Positions 1-12,436 of a stretch of DNA of 64,000 nucleotides are shown here, one piece after another. The stretch is from Octopus sinensis. Its lineage: Eukaryota. Under the pieces are notes generated by a model. That model was not told the origin of the DNA. It searched no databases and saw only the letters and a list, made by a program, of their open reading frames with translations. Numbering within the stretch: position 1 is the stretch's first letter; the number at the start of each line of letters is the position of its first letter. The stretch covers positions 10,292,001-10,356,000 of the forward strand of contig NC_043017.1 in the NCBI RefSeq assembly GCF_006345805.1, written 5' to 3'. The translations under genes were made by a program, and so were the position numbers.

Positions 1-93
1 TGGCAATTGTCACAGGGACGCTATGATGGGTACTGGCTGTTTAGATGTGAATGGTACCTCAGGCCCCTTTTTTTCCCCTAGAAATCAACTATT

Positions 94-270
94 TAACTGT
101 TCAGCATTAAACTGGCCATCTGGCTAAAATATTTTACCTATTTTCTGTTCAAACTAGCCAGATCCATCTTCTCACACCTACCCTACAATGTCATTCTGAA
201 AATAAACAATCACATGGTTGAAATCTCGAGGCTACAAGATAAAACATGATTAATTGAAAATAATGTTGAG
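94..270 (+). mobile_element. Truncated piggyBac-type MITE-like repeat, interrupted by a SINE
   Basis: Begins tttaactgttcagcattaaactggcc, which resembles a recalled octopus TTAA-CCC MITE family. The right end is missing, so TIR and TSD cannot be verified. Confidence 0.4.
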
Positions 271-399
271 TGGCTCAACCACATGGTTCTAGGTTCAGTC
301 CCACTGCATGGCACCTTGGGCAAGTGTCTTCTACTATAGCCTCAGGCCAACCAAAGCATTGTGAGTGGATCTGGTAGACGGAAACTGAAAGAAGCCTGT

Positions 400-460
<61 letters not shown>

Positions 461-675
461 GTATATGTTTGTGTGCCCGTGTTTGTTCCCCCACTATCAC
501 TTGACAACCGATGTTGGTGTGTTTATGTCACTGTAACATAGCAGCTCAGCCTAAGAGACTGACAGAATAAGTACTGGGTTTACAAAGAATAAGTCCTGGA
601 GTCACTTTGTTTGACTAAAGGTGGTGCTCCAGCATGACCACAGTCAAATGACTAAAACAAGTAAAAGATAAAAGA
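270..675 (+). mobile_element. SINE family A (tRNA-like head, central TA/TATG microsatellite, conserved 3' tail), 5'-eroded
   Basis: B-box-like ggttcagtccc head, then (TA)n/(TATG)n, then tail ...gacagaataagtactgg...ccagcatgaccacagtcaaatgactaaaacaagtaaaag. About 15 copies occur in the window. Confidence 0.85.
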
Positions 676-679
676 TAAT

Positions 680-1370
680 GTTTTACTCTTTATTTCCAAA
701 TTCAAAATTGTCAAAGCATGGAATAAAATGCCCACTTCAGTTGTCAGCTGTCAGGACATTGCATCCTTCAGAAATTCCATGCTTCCTGAAATTCACCAAC
801 TCTACTCATGGAATATCTATTCATCCGTTCCTTTTTAATGACTCTTTTACTGTTCACCTTCCCATCAGTTTCTGTTTTTTTTTGCCTTTTTTTCCTCTGT
901 GCAGAGCATACACTTTTGGTTGCCATTGTTGTCTTTCTATACCTCTTTTACCCTTTTTTCTGACAAGTTACAATGTTTCTGAGCTCTGTATACCCTAAAC
1001 TCATTATCACATTTTAAATAGTTTTGTAATAATGTTCTGCAGATATTTTACTTTTATTTCCACATTCAAATTGCTGAAGCATGGAATAAAATATCTATGA
1101 GCACTCTGTCAGGATGCAGTGTCTGGAGACTGCATCCTTCAAAAATTCCATGCTTCCTGAAATTTGCCAACACTGTTCCTGATGTACCAATGCACCGATC
1201 CTTCTTTTTAATGTTCACACCTCTGGGGTTTTGTGTTTTACTCTGCATACTGTGGATCTACTTTTAGCATCCTTTAGTTGTTTTCCTTTACTTGGCCCTT
1301 TCTGTCCCCTCTTTTACCATTTTGCAACTATTTGAAGTGCACATAAGCACTGAATACAATTTGCGTATTC
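680..1370 (+). repeat. Diverged tandem duplication (about 365 bp period), each unit carrying a CR1/L2-like LINE 3' fragment
   Basis: 705-806 and 1065-1172 both match 55860-55960 (aaagcatggaa...tgcatccttca...cttcctgaaatt). Unit 1 translates KIVKAWNKMPTSVVSC. Confidence 0.6.
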
Positions 1371-1445
1371 TCAGTCAACCTTAGTTTTACATCTTCATAT
1401 CCTTTTGGGGTTGATAAAATAAGGTACCTGTTGAGCACTGGTACC

Positions 1446-1502
<57 letters not shown>

Positions 1503-1503
<1 letters not shown>

Positions 1504-1811
1504 GACGTCGCACAGTATAGAATATCATGAGGTTGTAGATTGAAGATATAGTATCTACCGGGTGTTTGTACTGTTTTGTCAAGTCACAACAAGGACCTCA
1601 GACAGACAGTACTTTACACAATAAGCGTGCAATTCCAAATAATGCCGACTTTTGCAATACACCTAGATTGTAGGGTATTTCTAAAGTTTCCAGGTGTTTT
1701 TTCACACCTGAGTGGTATTGAACCCAATGCTCCAACGACAATAGGGATAACCTTTATGTTCAACTCTCGTAGATGCCACATCTTAGCGATCTCAATTCTC
1801 AGGTCACCATA

Positions 1812-1812
<1 letters not shown>
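1503..1812 (-). mobile_element. R4/Dong-type (RLE) non-LTR retrotransposon 3' end in a (TAA)n array
   Basis: Minus strand reads EYGDLRIEIAKMWHLRELNIKVIPIVVGALGSIP, then after a frameshift KHLETLEIPYNLGVLQKSALFGIARLLCKVLSV* (stop at 1598-1600). A short 3' UTR runs into (AAT)n at 1448-1502. Confidence 0.85.
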
Positions 1813-1850
<38 letters not shown>

Positions 1851-1992
1851 GTTTAACGTCCGTTTTCCATGCTAGCATGGGTTGGACGGTTCAACTGGGG
1901 TCTGGGAAGCCAGAAGGCTGCGCCAGGCCCAGTCTGATCTGGCAGTGTTCCTACAGCTGGATGCCCTTCCTAACACCAACCACTCCGTCACC
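1812..1992 (-). mobile_element. RTE-family 3' terminal fragment with (GAT)n tail
   Basis: Matches the 3' end of the RTE copy at 49680-49845 (ccaacccatgc..gcatggaaa..gacgttaaacgatgatg). Similar fragments lie near 32815, 39478, 42340, 45690, 45925, 47455, 50440, 54400 and 60920. Confidence 0.8.
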
Positions 1993-1993
1993 A

Positions 1994-2078
<85 letters not shown>

Positions 2079-2099
2079 GTTGTTGTTGTTGTTATTGTG

Positions 2100-2360
2100 A
2101 AGGTGCATGGCCTAGTGGTTAGGGTGTTGCACTCACGATCATGAGGTCTTGGTTTCAATTCCTAGACCGGGTGATGTATTGTGTTCTTGAGCAAAACACT
2201 TCGTCTCACGTTCCTCTGTGATCACTTCGACACCTGTGCATCTGTTCAAACTACATCAATTTGATGGAAGGAGTGAACTAATGTGTGACACAAACATCTG
2301 ATCACTATAAACGAACCACTTGTACAGGTCATTCGGCAAAAAGCTGAATGTTCATACAGG
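2100..2360 (+). mobile_element. tRNA-headed SINE variant (related to families C/D)
   Basis: A-box tggcctagtggtt and B-box-like ggtttcaattcc, followed by a body sharing gtgttcttgagcaaaacactt with 59837-60152. Confidence 0.6.
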
Positions 2361-2661
2361 AGAGTCCATCAGTATTATTACATGAAATCTGTATGTATAT
2401 ACGTATTCAGTTTTACTAATCCAGAAATGCTGCGATTTTGTATTAAGGACCACTTCGTAGATTTTCATTGAAAAATTTGGATTTTTTTTTTTTGATATGT
2501 AATAAATTTGTACAAAATTTTATATCTATGTATGCTTGCATGTATCATCATCATCACCATCACCATCCTCATCATCCTCATCGTCTATTTTTATACAATT
2601 AAATATATATATGTATATATATACATACATGTATATATATATAGTAAATATAATAGTAAAA

Positions 2662-2729
<68 letters not shown>

Positions 2730-2867
2730 AGAGAGAGGAGAGAGAGAGAGAGATAGACATACAAATGTTATTTTGGTTGAGTCAGTCTCTTGCTACTCTG
2801 AGTTTTGCCTGTGGGTGCATAGGGTCTTCAGGCAAGTTACAACTATGTGTGTGTGTGTGTAATATAT

Positions 2868-2899
<32 letters not shown>

Positions 2900-3409
2900 C
2901 ATACATACATACATACATACATACATACATACATACATGTATATATATAGTAAGATATATATATATATAGTAATATATATATATTATATATGTATGCATG
3001 AATGCATGCATGTGTGTATATATATGTGTGTGTGTGTGTGTATATACATATATATATGTATTTTTTAAAGACTTTTTTTCTATAATTAATTTTCAATTTA
3101 AGAAAATCTTTTTTTCAAATTCTGTGACTGTACAAAGAAATTTATCTACAAAATTTACGCACACACACACACATGTATACATATATGTAAGTAATTGTGT
3201 GTGTGTGTATGTATATAGTTGTATGTATGTATATGTGTGTGTGTGTATGTGTGTCAGTGCATAAGTGCATAGATGTATGTGTGCAGAATATCTTTTATTT
3301 GTAAAGCACCATTAATTATTCTTGTGGTTTCCCTCTCCGCCATCCTTTGTCGTTCAAGACTCTCCCCGCTCCCAGAGGAAATGTTATTCCTATATTATAT
3401 TTTTACAGA

Positions 3410-3770
3410 GAGGTGGTGGTAGTGGTGGTGGTGGTGGATGGTGGTAGTGTTAGAGGGTGGTGGTGGTGGTGGATGTTGGAGGATGGTGGTGGTGGTGGTG
3501 GTGAAGGTAGTGATGATGGTGGTGGTGGTGGTGGTGGTGGTGGAGGATGGTGGTGGTGGTGGAGGATGGTAGTGGTGGTGGTGGTGGATGGTGGTAGTGT
3601 TAGAGGGTGGTGGTGGTGGTGGTGGTGGTGGATGTTGGAGGATGGTGGTGGTGGTGTGGTGGTGAAGGTAGTGATGATGGTGGTGGTGGTGGTGGTGGTG
3701 GTGGTGGAGGATGGTGGTGGTGGTGGTGGTGTTGGTGGTGAAGGTAGTGATAATGGTGGTGGCGGCATAT
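3410..3770. repeat. (GGT)n compound microsatellite with an approximately 150-bp higher-order duplication
   Basis: The block ggatggtggtagtgttagagggtggtgg...ggatgttggaggatgg...gaaggtagtgatgatgg occurs twice. Confidence 0.85.
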
Positions 3771-4736
3771 GTGCTGGGGAGGATGAGGGAGGTTGCTTTC
3801 TTTCTTTCTTTCTATATTTTTTAAGGTGCGGTGAGAGGTGTATAATTTGGGGGATTGGAGGGAGAGGAGAGCTTCTCTACTCTGTCTTGTTGTTGTTATT
3901 CATCTTTTTGTTCTTATTCTCCTCCCTTTGGCTTTTTTCTATTCTTATTATGGAATTTGGTGGATTTTTTCTATTTTCTTTTTATTGTTTTCTTGAACTT
4001 ATTATTATAATCATCTTCATTGTCATCGTCGTTGTCGTTGTCGTCGTCGTCATCATCATTGCTATTTTCATTAGCCTCATCATCACTTTTGATGTCTGTG
4101 TCTGCCTATCTGTATGTTAGTAGTACAGCTCTGTCTGCCCTCTCCCCTCCTCCTCCTCCTCATTTTCATCATCACCATCATCATCACCATCATCATCAGC
4201 TTCATCTTCATTTTCAATACTTATCTGTCTTCTTTTTCTTCTCCTCCTCCTCCTCCTCATCATCATCATCATCATCACCATCACCATTGTCGTCGTCGAC
4301 GTTATCATCATCATCATTATCATCATCATCATCATCATCATCCTCATCCTCATCATCATCATCATCATCATCATCATTGTAGGAATTTGTACTCTGAAGT
4401 CAAATCCCACCAAGGACAATTTTTCCATTCATTCCCTCCAGGGTCAATAAAATAAAGTACCAGTGAAGTACTGTGGGGATTGACATAACCCATTCAACAC
4501 CCTCTCCCTAAAATTGCTACTTTTCTGCCCAAATTAGAAGCAATTTTAAAAACTGTAAGCTGGCAGTGAAATGTTAGAGTGTCAACAAAAATGCTTTGCA
4601 GTGTTTGATCTGACTATTCACATTCTCAGTTCAAATCCTGCAATGTCAGCTTTGCCTTTCATCCTGGGGTTTGAGTAATCGATTTGCCCTCTCAACATTG
4701 CTGGCCTGTGTCAAAGGGAGAAAGAATTAGTATTAT

Positions 4737-5350
4737 TGGGATGAGGTGGGGAAGCATGACCGTTGAACACTGGGCCTTACAGAGGTAAGGACAAGAGACC
4801 GAGACCTCTGGAGATATGCTGTAATTGAGAAGACCCAGCAAGTAAAGTGGGATTACAGTCTATACCAGTGTCACATAACCAGCCTATTTAAAAGTACCCT
4901 TGAATCATTGGGCAATATGCTGTGCTTGAGTCAAATAAAATCAAAAATCAAAAATCAAAATCTAAAGCAAACCAAGATAGAAATCAAAATAGAAATTGTA
5001 GTCATGGTTGATGCCAGTGCCACCTGACTGGCTCCTGTGCTGGTGGCACGTAATAAGCACCATTCAAGCATGGGTCGATGCCAGTGCTGCCTGATTGGCT
5101 CCCTGTGCTGGTGGCATGTAAAATGCACCATCTGAATGTGGTTGATGCCAGTGTTACCTGACTGGCTTCCCTGCCAGTGGCACATTAAAAGCACCCACTA
5201 CACTATTGGAGTGGTTGGCATTAGGAAGGGCATGCAGCTGTAGAAACTTGCCAGATCAGATTGGAGCCTGGTGCAGCCTACTGGTTTGCCAGTCCCCAGT
5301 CAAACCGGCAACCTATGCCAGCATGGAAAATGGACATTAAACGATAATGA
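4737..5350 (+). mobile_element. RTE LINE 3' end (last codons plus tandem-repeat 3' UTR)
   Basis: Homologous to 49140-49845 (ggatgaggtgg.gaag...gaccgagacct.tggagatatgct), with about 65-bp UTR repeats and a gat-rich tail. Confidence 0.8.
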
Positions 5351-5384
5351 TTGTTATTATTGTTATTATTATTATTATTATTAT

Positions 5385-5890
5385 GTGAGAGAGCAGTGCA
5401 TGCCATCAAAGTGACACTGGGGTAAAAATATACAAAGCCCAGTATACCCATCGTGACTACCCATCTGATAAGGGTACACCAGGCACATACATCACAACCA
5501 TATGTGGGTGACATGGTGATCTTATATCAAGATAAACAGCGCATGACCTTGCAGGTGGGGCCCAGTTAGAATTTTCTTCTGGTCAAGTAACCCATCCCAC
5601 TCAAAAGGTCCCTGAACAAGGATTGTTTAAGGATGTTGAACGAAACACCCATGTTTCCAGAGGTGACTTATTCAAACCCCAAAGAATCCCTCTCAACACA
5701 TGGCTATGATGCTCCCCCACTACTTCTGCTTGTGATCAGAGATGCACATATATCGTCAGCCACAAAGGGACATGCTCAACTGGTTATGGTCAAACAACTG
5801 ACAGGCAAATCTGTGGTATTGAGCAGAATATTTTGCTGTAGCCCATCTTTTATACCAAGACAAAACAATGTACATGATAACACTTCCAAT
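5385..5890 (-). mobile_element. Non-coding 3' portion of a (TAA)-tailed retroelement
   Basis: On the minus strand it ends ...ctgctctctcacataataataat. Its terminal 28 bp recur (27/28 identical) inside a (TAA)n array at 63347-63374. Confidence 0.6.
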
Positions 5891-5924
5891 AAGGCAGCAA
5901 CCTGACAGAAATATTAGCACACCA

Positions 5925-5992
5925 GTTGTTGGGTGTATGGCAGAGATGGTTATCAGCTGTTGTTGGGTGTAGGGCAGAGATGGTTTTCAGCT
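5925..5992. repeat. 34-bp tandem duplication (2 copies)
   Basis: gttgttgggtgta(t/g)ggcagagatggtt(a/t)tcagct occurs twice with 2 mismatches. Confidence 0.9.
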
Positions 5993-6540
5993 GAGTTCAT
6001 CGTGAGGATTACCCCATTACCTTCTTTTGGTCAGGAAAGGTAAGCAGTTTTCCTCTGTTTGGCGGCTATGGAAAAAGAGGTAGTGTAATAGATGAGGTCA
6101 AGCCCTCATCATCTTTTCAAGTTCCACTTGGAAAGGAAAGTGACATTGGAGAGGGAAGCACTGCCCCACAATATTTTTATTGAAAGGTGAGTGAATGTGG
6201 TCAGGATGGCCTGTATGAATGAGTGTACTCTGAACATATGCTTGTAGGCCGGTGGGGATGAAGAGAAGAGAGGTACTTGTCTGGGCTGCACAGCTGGGGT
6301 GCCCTTGATAATTAGGGTGACCAGGATGTGTGGGGTTCTTTCGTTGGGGAAATTTTATTGTTTCAGTTTTTGTTGTCAATTGTTTTATTGTATACATGCT
6401 TTCTTTTTTTGCTCAGCACCATTTGTCCCTTATTTTCTGTCTTCCTGTTTTGCTTTGTGTTCTGCCCTTGAGGATAATAGAGTAAAGATTATTATTATCT
6501 TCATCATCATTATTATTATTATTATTATTATCATTATTAA

Positions 6541-6760
6541 GGTGGCGAGCTGGCAGAATCGTTAGCAGGCCAGGCGAAATGCTTAGCAGTATTTCGTCTG
6601 CCACTATGTTCTGAATTCAAATTCCACTGGGGTCGATTTAGCTTATCATCATTTCAGGGTCAATAGATTAAGTACCAATCAAGTACTGGGGTCGATGTGA
6701 TCAACTTGCCCCCATTCCCCCAAAATTTCAGGCACTGTGCCTACCGTAGAAAGGACTATT
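6541..6760 (+). mobile_element. SINE family B (tRNA-like head, core ctttcatcctttcggggtcgataaattaagtacc, ATT tail)
   Basis: Head ggcgagctggcagaatcgttagc...ttctgaattcaaattcc. The core resembles the Deu/Nin SINE domain as recalled. Other copies lie near 14838(-), 15160, 15890(-), 20005, 27100(-), 28123, 28331, 34400, 47274(-) and 59097. Confidence 0.85.
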
Positions 6761-6764
6761 ATTA

Positions 6765-6816
<52 letters not shown>

Positions 6817-7278
6817 GTTCAAACTCCACAAAGTCCATTTTCACCTTTCATCCTTTTGCGATGTCGATAACATAAAATATTCACCAAGCAAAAGGATTGA
6901 ATTAAATGACTAACTTCTCCACAAAATTTCTGGCTTTGTGTTAATGTTAGAAATCACTATTATTATTATGATTATTATTATGATTATTATTATGATTATT
7001 ATTAATATTATTATTATTATTGTTGTTGTTGTTGTTGTTGTTTTATTATCCTCATCTTTCTCTTTTCTTCTTCTTCTTCTTCATCATCCTCATCATTATT
7101 ATCATTCATTATAATTAGTATTTTATTATCATTATTGTTGTTGTTGCTGCTGTTGTTGTTGCTGTTATTGTCATTTTTTTTCGGCCTGCAGTCATTTTCA
7201 TTGCCACCTAATTGTCTTTACAATTGCATATGCTGTATTCTCTCTCCTACATATATATATATATATACCTACATACAA

Positions 7279-7346
<68 letters not shown>

Positions 7347-7651
7347 ATATACATATATATATTACATATACATATATATACACACACAAATAGATCTATC
7401 TATATATATATATAACATATATGTGTTGGGTGTGTGTGTGTGTGTATGTGCATATACATACATTTATACATATATATATATATATATATATGTAAACACA
7501 AACATATATATATATTATCACACGCTCTAAATTTCTTCCCCATCCCTCTGTCACCCATCACCACACACACACACATACACCTATTTTCTAACTCTGTTCC
7601 TCTATTCTGCTTCCTTCTTCATCTTACTTACTTCCCCCAACCAACACCCCG

Positions 7652-7685
<34 letters not shown>

Positions 7686-7818
7686 GTTCTCTTCCTTTCT
7701 ATCTCTCTCTCTCTCTCTCTTCCAACAGAATTCCAGTGCTTTACAATACTGGCAATTTTACTACATTGCCTGCTGCTAATTAAGAAACCAACAGAAACAG
7801 ACATGCTTGCATTGTATA

Positions 7819-7862
<44 letters not shown>

Positions 7863-7979
7863 TACATATTACGTACATATACTGCACATAAATACATAAA
7901 ATAATATCTATGTGAAAAGGGGAACAGAAATTGAAGAGCAGATGACGTATATTACATTCATACATATATACCTACATAT

Positions 7980-8054
<75 letters not shown>

Positions 8055-8675
8055 TTATATACATATATAATATGACATATGTATATACATAGACACACAC
8101 ATAACATACATATATATATTATATATGTATATATATGTATAATATATATATATTATATATATATATATATATAATATATGTACCTACATACATATGCATA
8201 GTGATATGTCTCTGTATGCCAGTATTCATTTATGTATACATGTGTGCATGTGTTCGTGACAATGTGTATGTGCTGAATATCTACCTACATTTCTGTGTGT
8301 GTGTGTGTGTGTATGTGTGTGTGTGTGGACAGCACAATAGAAAAAATTCACACATGAACATATGTACACATTGCACACACACACATACACATCTTTGCAT
8401 ATGCAGACACATGTATATACATCCATTTGGCTACTTATCTCATTAATTCTATTCTTAGCACTGTCAGGTCACTGAATACTGGGTCTTTGAATACACTTGT
8501 ACCACATTCCTGGCAACAGCACCTGGTAATTGTACTTTTCCAGACTACATTTAGACTTCATATGTTAAAATCAGATGTTCAAATTGGGAGATGCCTCTTC
8601 ACTTAACCAATTATATACGTATCTAATTATCTAGATATATATCCACCTACAGTTATATTCAGATATTCTTTAATT

Positions 8676-9107
8676 ATTTTACTTGTTTCAGTCATTTGAT
8701 TGTGACCATGCTGGAGCACCATCTTAAAAGATTTTAGTAGAATAAATTGACCCCAGGACTTATGCTTTGTAAGCCTAGTACTTATTCCATTGGTCTCTTT
8801 TGCTGNNNNNNNNNNNNNNNNNNNNNNNNNNNNNNNNNNNNNNNNNNNNNNNNNNNNNNNNNNNNNNNNNNNNNNNNNNNNNNNNNNNNNNNNNNNNNNN
8901 NNNNNCGGTTGTCAAGCGATGGTGGGGGACAAACACACCACACACACACACCCACAAATATAAACATATATATATGTGTGTGTGTGACGGGCTTCTTTTA
9001 GAGACTATAGTAGAAGATACTTGCCCAAGGTGCCACGCCGTGGGACTGAACCCAGAACCATGTGGCTGGGAAACAGCTTCTTACCACACACTCACTCCTG
9101 TGCCTGT
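8676..9107 (-). mobile_element. SINE family A copy spanning the assembly gap
   Basis: Tail at 8676-8805 and head at about 9000-9107 lie on either side of the N run. Confidence 0.75.
8806..8905. other. Assembly gap (100 N)
   Basis: Run of 100 n. Confidence 1.
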
Positions 9108-9309
9108 GTATACAACATACATAATAAAATATATATATATAATATATATATATTATATATTATATATATATCTATATATATATATTATATCTATATATAT
9201 ATATATTATATATACATATATATATATATATAGTGTATATAAATATGCATACATACAAACATATATGTACGTACCTACATCTGCATGATATATAATGCAT
9301 ATATAAAAA

Positions 9310-10140
9310 TATATTACACGTGAGTACAGGGACACCACAACTAGACGTAGGAACTCAACGAGAAAGAAAAACGGGAAGGCCATTTTTTCACAAACAGAAA
9401 ACATATATATATTATATATAAATCTTACTGTTCATTATTATATATTACTAAAATTTTATATTAGTATTTTGTATGGTGTATGTCTCACAGCATGGTTTTG
9501 GACGGGTTCTTCATTAACTGAGTTGTGGAATGATGGTTCGTCTCTAAATTAGTTATATACGTATATTATATATTATATATTACGAAATTCGGTCTAGTAT
9601 TATTATTATACTGAATTTTACCTGTAAGGCTGGAATAATAATTAATTCCCTAATATTATTGTTATAAGACTTTTAATATACTTATAATTAACGAATATTG
9701 TTTAGTTTTTACCTTCAATTTTCGTTTATTATGGCACTTTCAGATAAGATAGAGATAGAGCTACTACTCTGGGACTCATCACAGAAGGACATACCCATTC
9801 TGTCGAAAAAGGAATATATTCTTAAACTTATTAATAATATTAAGGATTTCAGTAATAGAATAAAATGGATAGTCCACTATGATAATCGTAACATCAAATA
9901 TGTGGAGAATACCAATTATATGAATTCAAAATTTAAATCTAAAAGGGAACCCCCATATAATAGGGAAATTCAGACTCTGGAAGACAAAATTTGGAAGGTG
10001 GTTAAAAACATTAAATATTAAAAATACCCAAACAGACACAACGAATATTTGAGATATTTAGCAACCAAAATAAAAGAAAAGCGGAATATTGAAGGAATCG
10101 TAGTACAATCAGTCGTAAACCTTGCAACCTGTATAAGTTA
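9310..10140 (+). mobile_element. Penelope-like element: 5' region plus N-terminal ORF, truncated by a SINE
   Basis: From ATG 9731: MALSDKIEIELLLWDSSQKDIPILSKKEYILKLINNIKDFSNRIKWIVHY...KFKSKREPPYNREIQTLEDKIWKVVKNIKY. This matches the PLE N-terminal pattern (SxKxIPxxSxxxYxxxLIxxxxxFxxRxxW...FKSxxxPP...LxxxxxxxVKNIK). A related 5' sequence is inverted at 16570-16800. Confidence 0.75.
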
Positions 10141-10153
10141 ATACGAAATTATA

Positions 10154-10544
10154 TACTCTTTACTCTTTTACTTTGTTGCCTTCATTACTGCGGCCATGCT
10201 GGAGCATCCGCCTTTAATCGAGCAACTCGACCCCGGGACTTTTCTTTGTAAGCCCAGTACTTATTCTATCGGTCTATTTGTTGGCCGAACCGCAAGTGAC
10301 GGGGTACTAAATACACCAGCATCGTTGTCAAGCAATGCTAGGGGGACAAACACACAAACACACATACACACATATATATACCATATATCGACAGGCTTCT
10401 TTCAGTTTCCAAATCCACTCACAAGGTATTGGTCGGCCTGAGGCTAGAGCAGAAGACACTTGCCCAAGGTGCTACGCAGTGGGACTGAACCCGGAACCAT
10501 GTGGTTGGTAAACAAGCTACTTACCACACAGCCACTTCTGCGCC
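10154..10544 (-). mobile_element. SINE family A, full length
   Basis: Complete tail-microsatellite-head reverse complement, ending at ccacttctgcgcc. Confidence 0.9.
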
Positions 10545-10657
10545 TATGATAACTTTTAGAAAAGGAAATAAATAAAAAGTATAAAATTGTCTCGGAAAAT
10601 ACCATTTATAATATTAATAAACGAGCAGGATATTTGTGTTGTATGTATGTATGTATG

Positions 10658-11020
10658 CCTTTATTCTGTTTTATTTCAAGATTTCTTGCCAATAGAGAAA
10701 AAGCTGGTTTCTAACCTAGATCCAATGCTCCTTCATTGGAATTTCAACATCATCAACAAGGTGTTTTTGTATGTATGTATGTATGTATGTATGTATGTAT
10801 GTATGTATGTATGTATGTATACGTGCAAATTTGTATGTTTTGTTTTATGTATGTCTTATCAAGTATATACTTGCATGTCTAGACATGCTCATATATATTT
10901 AAATGATAAACTTCTGGACAGCTTTACAGATTGTTACAGTTCCAGAGATGGATTGGATCCGTCGTCTTCGAATCAGCTTTCTCCTTTCTGGTTTTGAGAA
11001 GCCTAATTTCTCAAGACTGG
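10658..11020 (-). mobile_element. RLE-type LINE 3' end embedded in (TATG/CATA)n
   Basis: Minus strand reads SLEKLGFSKPERRKLIRRRRIQSISGTVTICKAVQKFII* (stop at 10899-10901), which resembles RLE-element C-termini. The 3' UTR ends in (CATA)n and the 5' truncation abuts (TATG)n. Confidence 0.65.
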
Positions 11021-11208
11021 TATGTATGTATGTATGTATGTATGTATGTATGTATGTATGTATGTATGTATGTATGTGTGTATGTATGTGTGTATGTATG
11101 TATGTATGTATGTATGTATGTATGTATGTATGTATGTATGTATGCATGTATGCATGTATGTATGTATGTGTATGTATGTATGTATGTATATGTATATGTG
11201 TGTGTGTT

Positions 11209-11239
<31 letters not shown>

Positions 11240-11273
11240 ATGTATGTATGTATGTATGTATGTATGTATGTAT

Positions 11274-11466
11274 AACGCCATGATAGATCTTTAGCCACTA
11301 CACATATTTGTTTTCTCTCCTTGGTTTTTCTGTGTCCCTTTCTGTAGAAGAGCGTAGGCTCGAAACGTAAAAGACTTTTTCTATTCCTGAGCGTTATACT
11401 AATACATCTGTTTCTTTTGTACACCACCTGTCTTCGTCTTTTGGTTTTTTTCGTAAACTCTCCCTA
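11274..11466 (+). mobile_element. Penelope-type pLTR-like short element bounded by (TATG)n
   Basis: About 190 bp of unique sequence between two TATG arrays, containing a minimal hammerhead motif. Confidence 0.55.
11338..11373 (+). ncRNA. Minimal type I hammerhead ribozyme motif (core variant CUGUAGA)
   Basis: cttt-CTGTAGA-a-gagc(gtag)gctc-GAAAC-GTA-aaag. P1 is cttt/aaag, P2 is GAGC/GCTC, P3 is the palindromic ACGT, and the cleavage triplet is GUA (after 11369). Confidence 0.6.
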
Positions 11467-11631
11467 TATGTATGTGTATGTAAGTATGTATGTATGTATG
11501 TAGTATTTATGTATGTATGTTGTATGTATGTATGTATGTTGTATGTATGTATGTATGTAGTATGCATGCATGTATGTATGCATGTATGTATGCATGTATG
11601 CTTGCATGCATGTATTTATGAATACCAGTTA

Positions 11632-12022
11632 TCTTTATATATAAAAGTCAAGTTGGTGTGTCTGTCTCCTACGATTTAGATTCCTACGACTCCCACATTT
11701 TGCGGTGCAGTTTAAAACCAAAACCGGGTATCTTATAGTCGTGATTCATATCGGGCCCTTCTGGGTATTAGCGCGCGTCTACGATGAGTCTACGATTTAA
11801 AAAAAAATTTACCATCATTTTTTTCCATTTTAAGCATTTTTCGCTATTATATAGGGAAGTAACTCTCTAAAAATGTCTACGATGAGTCAACGATTTAAAA
11901 AAATTTACCATCATTTTTTTTTCATTTTTAATGCATTTTTTTGCATTTTTTGGCTATAACTCTCTAAAAATTATATAGTTATTTCCCTTACAAACCCGAG
12001 CAACGCCGGGCGATACTGCTAG
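11632..12022 (+). mobile_element. Non-autonomous Helitron
   Basis: A|TC 5' end (A at 11631), subterminal hairpin cccg-agcaacgc-cggg, CTAG|T 3' end, no TSD, and an internal duplication of about 95 bp. Confidence 0.85.
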
Positions 12023-12436
12023 TTTATATATAAAAACTAAAAATGCCAATTTCCTTCTCGCTCTCCTCATCCTAATTGCGGTTGGCCAGTCAGCATTCAC
12101 CTCTTTAGGAAAACAAAAATCTTACAACACTGCTCTTTGCATTTTATTAAATTTACAACCATAAGTAACAGACATGTATAACGGGAGTCGGGGGTTCGAT
12201 TCGCAGCAAAGTGTCTCGAAATTTTTATAATCTCTCTTTATCTTAACTCCCCGTCCCTGTTCCCCTTTCTCTCTCCCCTCTTTCTCCCGCGTCTTTTGGT
12301 CTAAATCACCCACATCTTCCCTCCGCTTTCTTTCTTTCCTTCTTTCTTTCTTTCTTCCTTTCTCTCGCTCTCTCCCTCCATTTCGCTGCCCGTCTCTCTT
12401 TCTTTCATACTCCTTGTCTCCCCACCTCTTGTGTGT

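Noticed and set aside
6001-6183. Frame FPLFGGYGKRG resembling an amidated neuropeptide; competing 45-49 nt exon candidates on both strands
   Set aside because: No signal peptide, no repeated peptide copies, and no consistent splice structure.
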